56,916 nucleotides of DNA. Source: a virus (Duplodnaviria > Caudoviricetes). The DNA is taken from positions 1 to 56,916 of IMG/VR virus record IMGVR_UViG_3300047553_000257. The stretch is one strand, 5' to 3'. The notes below the pieces were generated by a model. The model was not told the DNA's origin. It did no database searches and saw nothing but the letters and a program-made list of their open reading frames with translations. Both the position numbers and the translations under genes were made by a program. Of this stretch, positions 51,371 to 56,916 are shown in pieces. Within the stretch, counting starts at the first letter, position 1. Each line of letters starts with the position of its first letter.

Positions 51371-52953
51371 TACCCCACGACACTATCGAACGGCTCGTAC
51401 TTAGTTGCTACGGTTTTCGTTCTACGATTACGTGGCATTGAGTTAAGTCCGAATAGAGCTATTGCGTATGCCATTACTCTGTCATCAAAGCAACCCGCCT
51501 TCGCATTCGTAATGCCTTTGTCATCAATAACGTAGTTACGCAACTCTTTTACAAGTTCTGTGTCTGATATTCCACTATCGCGCTTACGCAGCAATGCAGC
51601 GAGGTTATCGATAATCAATGGCTTTGTCTTACTGGACGTGTAGAAACCAGCACGCTTAGTCATTCTATCTGCATACGCATCATCTACTGTGTGCTCTACA
51701 TAAAGATTGGGGTAACCTAGATCCTGCATCCGCCGGATCGTGGTAAGACCGTGGTTGTTTCGCTCTGGAATGATGTAGGCGCGGTTGAACATCTTGCCCA
51801 AAGCGCAGAGCTGGTCACCAAGCTCGTATGGATCGATGTGCAAATGCCATGATGCCACCTGTCGACCAAGGGAATCCAGTACCTGAGCCACTGTGTAGTC
51901 GCCGTGCGCCAAGCCCTCAGCGACGTCGACGCCGATGCAATAGCGCTCATCCGGATCAACGCGCTTGATCCACTGCTTGTAAGATCCCTTCTCGTGCGGC
52001 GTGATTATGCCGTCCTTAAAGCTGCCCTCGATGTCTGGGCTGTAGCAGTTACGCTCTGCATCCATGAGGCAGTCTTCTTCAACAAAGCTGCGACCAGAGA
52101 ACAGGAACGCTTCTTCTGGTGTGCATGGGTATTCCTGCTTGAACAGATCCAAAGATCCAAGCTCGTCGATCTTGGACCTGCGCCAGTTCAACTTATCGTT
52201 GGATAGGTTGTACAGTGCAGCCAGCTTTTCTTCTTCCGTTGTGCGGGTGAAATACGGATCGCACTTCTTCTCGTACTCTGGGAGCCAGAACCAAGGAATA
52301 AAGATCACGATCCAGTCGCCGTCTCCTCTGAGCGCCTTCATCACTTGGTCGTAGAACCATCCACCGGCACCGTTAGCTGTAGACTCAACGATAACTTCGG
52401 AGTCTTCGGCGGGGACCGACTGCAGTAGACCTGCCACAATCTCGCCACTATTTGGATAAAAAGCAGCCTCAGATGCGTGGACGTAGCGGTTGGTCATGCC
52501 CCGACCAATGTTCGTGGATCGCGCCGTACCAATTCGGTATTGGGAGTTTAGCTTCTCGAAGACCATCGTGGTGGTCGTGCTGGTCGCAAGCGGCGGCTTA
52601 AAGATCGGGTGAGCCGCATTGTCGTAGAAGTAGCGTACCATTCGGAAGATGGCGGTGGTCGACTCTGCAAGGTGGGAGAGCACGAAGGCGTTTGCGTTCT
52701 TGGTCTTGGTCGTCTTCCAGAAGAACCGACCCTCGACGTAGGTTGAGATCCCCATCTGCCGCCCTTTAATCACGAGAGCGCGGATACGACCGGTGTCGGC
52801 GAGCTGCTTCTCTAACTTCTCGTGGAGGATCATCTGACCGTAGTTGAGCTTGAAGCGCTTTTCTTCACCGCGCTTGTCGACGATGCGCAGCACGTTTTTC
52901 GCATACAGGGGGAAGTCCCCCATAAGCTTTTTAGCTACTGCCTCTATTTCCAC
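51367..52953 (-). CDS. terL: Terminase large subunit
   Basis: IKGRQMGIST (Walker A), HASEAAF (Walker B), ESTANG, IGVDVAEG..GDY, FDDRVMA. Confidence 0.95.
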   Translation of the reverse strand: MEIEAVAKKLMGDFPLYAKNVLRIVDKRGEEKRFKLNYGQMILHEKLEKQLADTGRIRALVIKGRQMGISTYVEGRFFWKTTKTKNANAFVLSHLAESTTAIFRMVRYFYDNAAHPIFKPPLATSTTTTMVFEKLNSQYRIGTARSTNIGRGMTNRYVHASEAAFYPNSGEIVAGLLQSVPAEDSEVIVESTANGAGGWFYDQVMKALRGDGDWIVIFIPWFWLPEYEKKCDPYFTRTTEEEKLAALYNLSNDKLNWRRSKIDELGSLDLFKQEYPCTPEEAFLFSGRSFVEEDCLMDAERNCYSPDIEGSFKDGIITPHEKGSYKQWIKRVDPDERYCIGVDVAEGLAHGDYTVAQVLDSLGRQVASWHLHIDPYELGDQLCALGKMFNRAYIIPERNNHGLTTIRRMQDLGYPNLYVEHTVDDAYADRMTKRAGFYTSSKTKPLIIDNLAALLRKRDSGISDTELVKELRNYVIDDKGITNAKAGCFDDRVMAYAIALFGLNSMPRNRRTKTVATKYEPFDSVVGY

Positions 52954-53408
52954 AAACCCATACCCTTAACAATATCTAAGCACCAGTCGACAAGCTCGTC
53001 ATCACTCATGCGGCGCTTCATATGATTTACTGCGACACACACCAGCCTTACATTGCCTGCGGAGTACGGCTTATTCGAGTCGATCCGGTCAATACTGATG
53101 TTGGTGCCGACATCGTCTCCTCCAAAGGTGAATGTTTTTCCGGTGACCGCGCAGCGTCTATTCTGTTTATCAAGAAGATCGAGCAGGTAATCAAACGTAA
53201 AGCAATCAGTTGAAAAGCTTCCGCCTTTTGACTTCCTTGTTGCGTCATTAAAGCGAGCCCTGAGATAGGACTCGAGGCATTTGTACTTTGATGCCATCTT
53301 TGTAGGCGGACACGACATGCAACGTAAAGAGTACCGCCCCGTCATAGGATTGAGGCGGTACTCTGATTTAGGCTTCAATTGGCCGCAGTGGGTGCAGTTC
53401 TTCTGCAC
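52944..53408 (-). CDS. HNH-like endonuclease
   Basis: CTHC...CMSC zinc finger; CAVTG...SIDRIDS.K.Y..GNV.LVC..VN.MK. Confidence 0.75.
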   Translation of the reverse strand: MQKNCTHCGQLKPKSEYRLNPMTGRYSLRCMSCPPTKMASKYKCLESYLRARFNDATRKSKGGSFSTDCFTFDYLLDLLDKQNRRCAVTGKTFTFGGDDVGTNISIDRIDSNKPYSAGNVRLVCVAVNHMKRRMSDDELVDWCLDIVKGMGLWK

Positions 53409-53420
53409 CTATCCACTTTC

Positions 53421-53555
53421 TTACTTCTTCTTTGCTTTCATGAGCATCTTCATCTTGCCCATCATGTCTTTAGCTTTTGGATCGGCGTCCTTGGCTTTGC
53501 CCTTGCCCTTTGGCATCTTATCCATCTTATCCATCTTCTTACCGTTCATCTTCAT
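53421..53555 (-). CDS. Met/Lys-rich 44-aa basic protein (not in ORF track)
   Basis: GGAG SD; ATGA overlap; MKMNGKKMDKMDKMPKGKGK...KAKKK. Confidence 0.6.
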   Translation of the reverse strand: MKMNGKKMDKMDKMPKGKGKAKDADPKAKDMMGKMKMLMKAKKK

Positions 53556-53800
53556 TTGATTTCTCCACAAGCGGCCAACATGGCCTGTAACTTAGCTTCG
53601 TACCCCTTGCGGAGTTCACGCTCAGCAAGCAGTACCTTCACTCTTTCGAATATTCCAGCGCTTTCTGCAACTGTCGGATAGATCGGCGCGACCGGCTGCT
53701 CCTTGATGCACGGCACCGGCACAGGGATCTTGATCTCGATTGGAGGTTTGGTCGCACAGCCCAGCAAGAGCATGACTGGCAGCAGGGCTAGGACGCGCAT
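53552..53800 (-). CDS. o-spanin (lipoprotein)
   Basis: Lipobox MRVLALLPVMLLLG-C; Pro-rich; follows the i-spanin. Confidence 0.78.
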   Translation of the reverse strand: MRVLALLPVMLLLGCATKPPIEIKIPVPVPCIKEQPVAPIYPTVAESAGIFERVKVLLAERELRKGYEAKLQAMLAACGEIK

Positions 53801-54150
53801 TACTGGTACTCCTTCAGCAGATCGAGGGCGGCAATGCACTCATCGCTGTTTGCTGGAACCGAAACGAGGATGCGGGTTGCCTTATTGGCGTGGAACTTTT
53901 CCACGACTCGAGCTTCCTTAAGCGCCTTCTCTGCGGCAGCAGCCGATTTTTTTGCAACTGATTCGTAGGCTTCGATGCGATTATTTTGTTTATCCACCAG
54001 ATCAGCGAGTTTGCTGTTTGCGAGCTCCTGCTCAAGGAGGTCGTTCTCGAGACCTGCTTTAGAGAACATCAACCAGCCGATGACGGCGAGAAGAATGGCA
54101 TACCCAAAAAATCGGCGGAAAACCCAAACACCTTTTAACACTTCAATCAT
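53800..54150 (-). CDS. i-spanin
   Basis: N-terminal TM plus periplasmic coiled coil with a C-terminal Cys. Confidence 0.72.
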   Translation of the reverse strand: MIEVLKGVWVFRRFFGYAILLAVIGWLMFSKAGLENDLLEQELANSKLADLVDKQNNRIEAYESVAKKSAAAAEKALKEARVVEKFHANKATRILVSVPANSDECIAALDLLKEYQ

Positions 54151-54397
54151 TACTAGATCCCTTGATCTTGCCCCACTCCCTCACTGCAAACGCAGCGGCA
54201 ATGGCGGTGACTAGAAGAGACAGCCCAGTCATGTCGCTAGGAGCCTCGTTTTTAACGAAGAGCATGTAGAGCGGAGCGACGACTCCGTGGACCGCCATAG
54301 TTCCCGCGATCCAGACGCAGGTCATAGGCCTCCACCACTTACGGATCATGCAGAGTGCGACGGCTTCAAAGTCCAGTAGGCGCTGCTTTAGGCTCAA
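54143..54397 (-). CDS. Holin (3TM/GTA-holin-like)
   Basis: WRP...W plus TM helices and basic C-terminus; TTGA overlap with the endolysin stop. Confidence 0.7.
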   Translation of the reverse strand: MSLKQRLLDFEAVALCMIRKWWRPMTCVWIAGTMAVHGVVAPLYMLFVKNEAPSDMTGLSLLVTAIAAAFAVREWGKIKGSSND

Positions 54398-54867
54398 GCC
54401 TCGTTCTCCGAGACGGGAGCATTGGATGCAACGTGGACGGGACCGCCGGTTACCGGCACGCCCTTCGGCCAGCGGATGGCAATGCAACGGTTCTTAGCGA
54501 TGCGCATGACGTTGACGGCGTTCGACTGGTTACCGCCAAGCACGCGATAGTAGAAGCGATCTTCGCCGACGTAGAAGCCAACGTGACCGCCACCCTCTCG
54601 AGCAAAGACTAGGATCGCGCCTTCACATACGTGAGTGGGCCGCAGATTGGATCCATAATCTTTCCACGCCAGTGCGCGATACCAGTGCTGAGGAACGGGG
54701 AGACCGTTCTCACGCAAGCAGTGGGCAACGAATGTGCCGCACCAAGGGGTCTCATCGTCCTTCCACCAAGCGCCAAGATAGGAGAGCCATGCCTGAATCT
54801 TTGTATTGTGTTTCGGTCCAGCGACTTCCTTTAGGCCAATAGACTCGCGAGCAGTCTTCATCCACAT
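54394..54867 (-). CDS. Endolysin, TIGR02594/NlpC-P60-like
   Basis: DDETPWCGTFV...GGHVGF...LGGNQ. Confidence 0.85.
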   Translation of the reverse strand: MWMKTARESIGLKEVAGPKHNTKIQAWLSYLGAWWKDDETPWCGTFVAHCLRENGLPVPQHWYRALAWKDYGSNLRPTHVCEGAILVFAREGGGHVGFYVGEDRFYYRVLGGNQSNAVNVMRIAKNRCIAIRWPKGVPVTGGPVHVASNAPVSENEA

Positions 54868-55019
54868 TACTTTTTCTTTCTTGCAGCTCGCATGTTGTCC
54901 ACGAGGTTCGGGTATGGGCGACCAGCCTTCTTGGCTGCAGCCTTAGCGCTAGCCTTCTTTGCTGGCGAAAGCGGCGTCGACTTCTTCTTTGGATTAGGTT
55001 TGTCCCATACTTTCTTCAT
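54867..55019 (-). CDS. Small basic protein (50 aa, not in ORF track)
   Basis: GAGG SD; MKKVWDKPNPKKKS...AGRPYPNLVDNM. Confidence 0.68.
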   Translation of the reverse strand: MKKVWDKPNPKKKSTPLSPAKKASAKAAAKKAGRPYPNLVDNMRAARKKK

Positions 55020-55028
55020 GTCTTCACC

Positions 55029-55658
55029 TCAGTAGTGGTATTCGTCCACATCTCCATAGCGCGTGAAGTCATGATTTTCCACAGCAAAGAATTCCCCAGA
55101 TGCCTTAAAGTCTGGAGTGAGGACTTCCTTTGGCGTCAGCGAGATGTCGTAAACGCGCATCCGATTATTGGGGTAGGCGCAGAACTGTCCGTTCTCGAGC
55201 GCGAGGACATTCATCGCCTTGTGCTCTGACGGGATCTCAGAGGTGCCGCAATCCACCACATCGTTGTCTGGGTGGTAGTTGTCTAGCGTGAAGAGATACT
55301 CAGCCTTGACTGTGTCCCCGCTACGCAGACGCGCCTCGTACTGCATGCTGGCGATAAACTGTTTGCAGATCGCAACAACGCCGTAGTCCATGCAGTTCCA
55401 GAACTGGAGATCTGAGAGCGGGTAATCTGGTGTAGGAGTTTCGGGCCGCGACACAAAGGCCGAGATCGGCAGCTTGTCGAAGAAGGCACCGTACTCTGGA
55501 AGGTACGTTTCAAAATACAGGGCGCGGCCAGCAATTGACTTAGCCGTAACCCATACGCCTTTGACGAACTCGCCATGACCGTCCTGCATGTCGCGCAGAT
55601 ATTCCTTGCGCACCCACACAGCTTGAGAAGGGACGTTGACGAGTAGCGTACTCACCAC
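55029..55658 (-). CDS. Hypothetical phage protein
   Basis: GAGGTG SD; VRKEYL..HGEF...KLPISAF...NGQFCAYPNNR. Confidence 0.75.
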   Translation of the reverse strand: MVSTLLVNVPSQAVWVRKEYLRDMQDGHGEFVKGVWVTAKSIAGRALYFETYLPEYGAFFDKLPISAFVSRPETPTPDYPLSDLQFWNCMDYGVVAICKQFIASMQYEARLRSGDTVKAEYLFTLDNYHPDNDVVDCGTSEIPSEHKAMNVLALENGQFCAYPNNRMRVYDISLTPKEVLTPDFKASGEFFAVENHDFTRYGDVDEYHY

Positions 55659-56173
55659 TTCACCTCTTTATCCGTATTGTTTGCCACCAGCCAACACATG
55701 GTTACAAAGTAGTCGTCAGAAAAAGCCTGCTTCATCATGTTCAAATCCTTGTGAAGCAATTGGACGTTGCTTAGGACGTAACCAACGCTGCTATCAACTC
55801 TATCGATTGAGGCTGTATGGATTTGCCCAACCTCACTCCAACCAATCGGAAGTCCCGATAACGCACACGCCCCATCCTGTCGAACATATATTGACCAGAC
55901 GTCTTCTACCGAAAGTCTCCATTCCAGCCCTCTCGTCTGTGCGCCGACCCTAAACTTCTCAAACCATGAGAGTCGAATAGCCTCATGGAAACCGCGACCA
56001 GAGTTATCTGTGCTCTTATTTGCGCAGGCCTTGCAGACCTTTTGGTTTAGATATGAAAGGACGGCGTAATTCCGGCGTAGGTAGTCCTGATCCTCTCCGC
56101 ACCTAGGGCAAGGCTTGACGTACCTACCGTCGTCGCGTCGAGTGACGGCATCGCATTTGATGGCACTCACCAT
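55652..56173 (-). CDS. HNH-like endonuclease
   Basis: CPRC...CKAC; QDGACALSG...ASIDRVDSS.GY..SNVQL.H...N.MK. Confidence 0.72.
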   Translation of the reverse strand: MVSAIKCDAVTRRDDGRYVKPCPRCGEDQDYLRRNYAVLSYLNQKVCKACANKSTDNSGRGFHEAIRLSWFEKFRVGAQTRGLEWRLSVEDVWSIYVRQDGACALSGLPIGWSEVGQIHTASIDRVDSSVGYVLSNVQLLHKDLNMMKQAFSDDYFVTMCWLVANNTDKEVKW

Positions 56174-56433
56174 TTTTCGCGATTAGCCCAATAAGCCGCC
56201 GACATCTTTCCCTTGGCAATGTTACTGGCGTGGCGAGCCTTGAATGCTTCATTGCGCTTGGAGCCGTCAGGAGATCCCTTAGCGCCTTGCTGGCCGAAGC
56301 GGATCGTCTTTACCTTGTCGCCAGACTTGGCAACCACGACGTGAGACTTGGTCGGATGAGACGGAGTGGCCTTCGGCTTGTTATAACCAGAGACGCCTGC
56401 TCGCTCGAGACGGGGATCTTTCTTACTCACCAC
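56167..56433 (-). CDS. Small basic phage protein
   Basis: GYNKPK.TPSHPTKSHVVVAK.G..VKTIRFGQQG...FKARH...SAAYWA. Confidence 0.75.
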   Translation of the reverse strand: MVSKKDPRLERAGVSGYNKPKATPSHPTKSHVVVAKSGDKVKTIRFGQQGAKGSPDGSKRNEAFKARHASNIAKGKMSAAYWANREKW

Positions 56434-56916
56434 AATCCTCTTTCTACTGCCATTGCTTCTTTATGGCCTGTGACTCAACCAGCACCCGCTCCAGTGGGTA
56501 CTTCTCTCGCAGCTCCTTACGGGGCTTCTTCTTCTTTATCTTTCGATCCATGCCACTACGCACCCAAAGCGGATGAGGAAGGCTCCCTCGTAGATCTCAA
56601 TGCCGAAGCTGAAGACGTTGAAGGACAGACAAAGGTTCACACTGAACGAACCATTGTCGATTGACAGACCAGAAAGCTTTTCACGCATGCAGCGTAATTA
56701 CTGACATTGTGAGGTATAGGCAACAGTCAATCATTCTTCGCATAACTCTTATGGGGGAAACATGATTTGGTTATTTTTATTTTTTTTGGTTTCGTTTCCT
56801 AAAAAGACCCACCCGTCTGTTATGGATGGGGTTGGGGAGTAGGGGTACGAAACATAGAGCTACACAGTGAGATAGGCCTTATGGAACCGCACGAGCGAGG
56901 GCGGGGTCGCTGCACC

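Noticed and set aside
56444-56688. Two short minus-strand ORFs (MREKLSGL..., MDRKIKKK...)
   Set aside because: Plausible in position but with weak SDs and no recognisable motifs, so not supportable.
1-56916. tRNA, tmRNA or rRNA genes
   Set aside because: No cloverleaf or T-arm consensus seen in the intergenic regions by eye; tRNAscan-SE or ARAGORN would be decisive.

Overview
This window looks like a complete or nearly complete ~57-kb tailed dsDNA phage genome, opened just downstream of the small terminase gene. terS (660->181, minus strand) continues across the window junction into the minus-strand lysis, terL, portal, capsid and tail block. The layout has five parts. (i) A plus-strand early operon (1.8-8.5 kb) of small ORFs plus ardC. 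(ii) Class II ribonucleotide reductase nrdJ and a DnaA-domain-IV-like protein. (iii) A minus-strand replication and nucleotide block: initiator, primase-helicase, MazG-like, dATP/dGTP diphosphohydrolase, Ref-like and Hjc-like nucleases. (iv) A plus-strand recombination block: Sak, YqaJ exonuclease, SSB, CsrA-like protein and tyrosine recombinase. (v) A podovirus-like virion block with a 3256-aa polyvalent internal protein. I found no DNA polymerase, RNA polymerase, tRNA, CRISPR array or clear CI repressor. The most striking unannotated content is RNA. Four type II hammerhead ribozymes with covarying pseudoknots sit exactly between stop codons and the next ribosome-binding sites in the early operon. 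A second, unnamed hairpin family (CC-AGA-C-[stem]-G-CRA-GG-AY) occupies the same positions, and an rrn-type boxA follows the early promoter. Together these suggest an antiterminated early transcript that is cut into small mRNAs. Further candidate structured RNAs lie upstream of the replication initiator (a double pseudoknot covering the SD) and upstream of nrdJ. All protein calls come from motif recognition by eye, not database searches.
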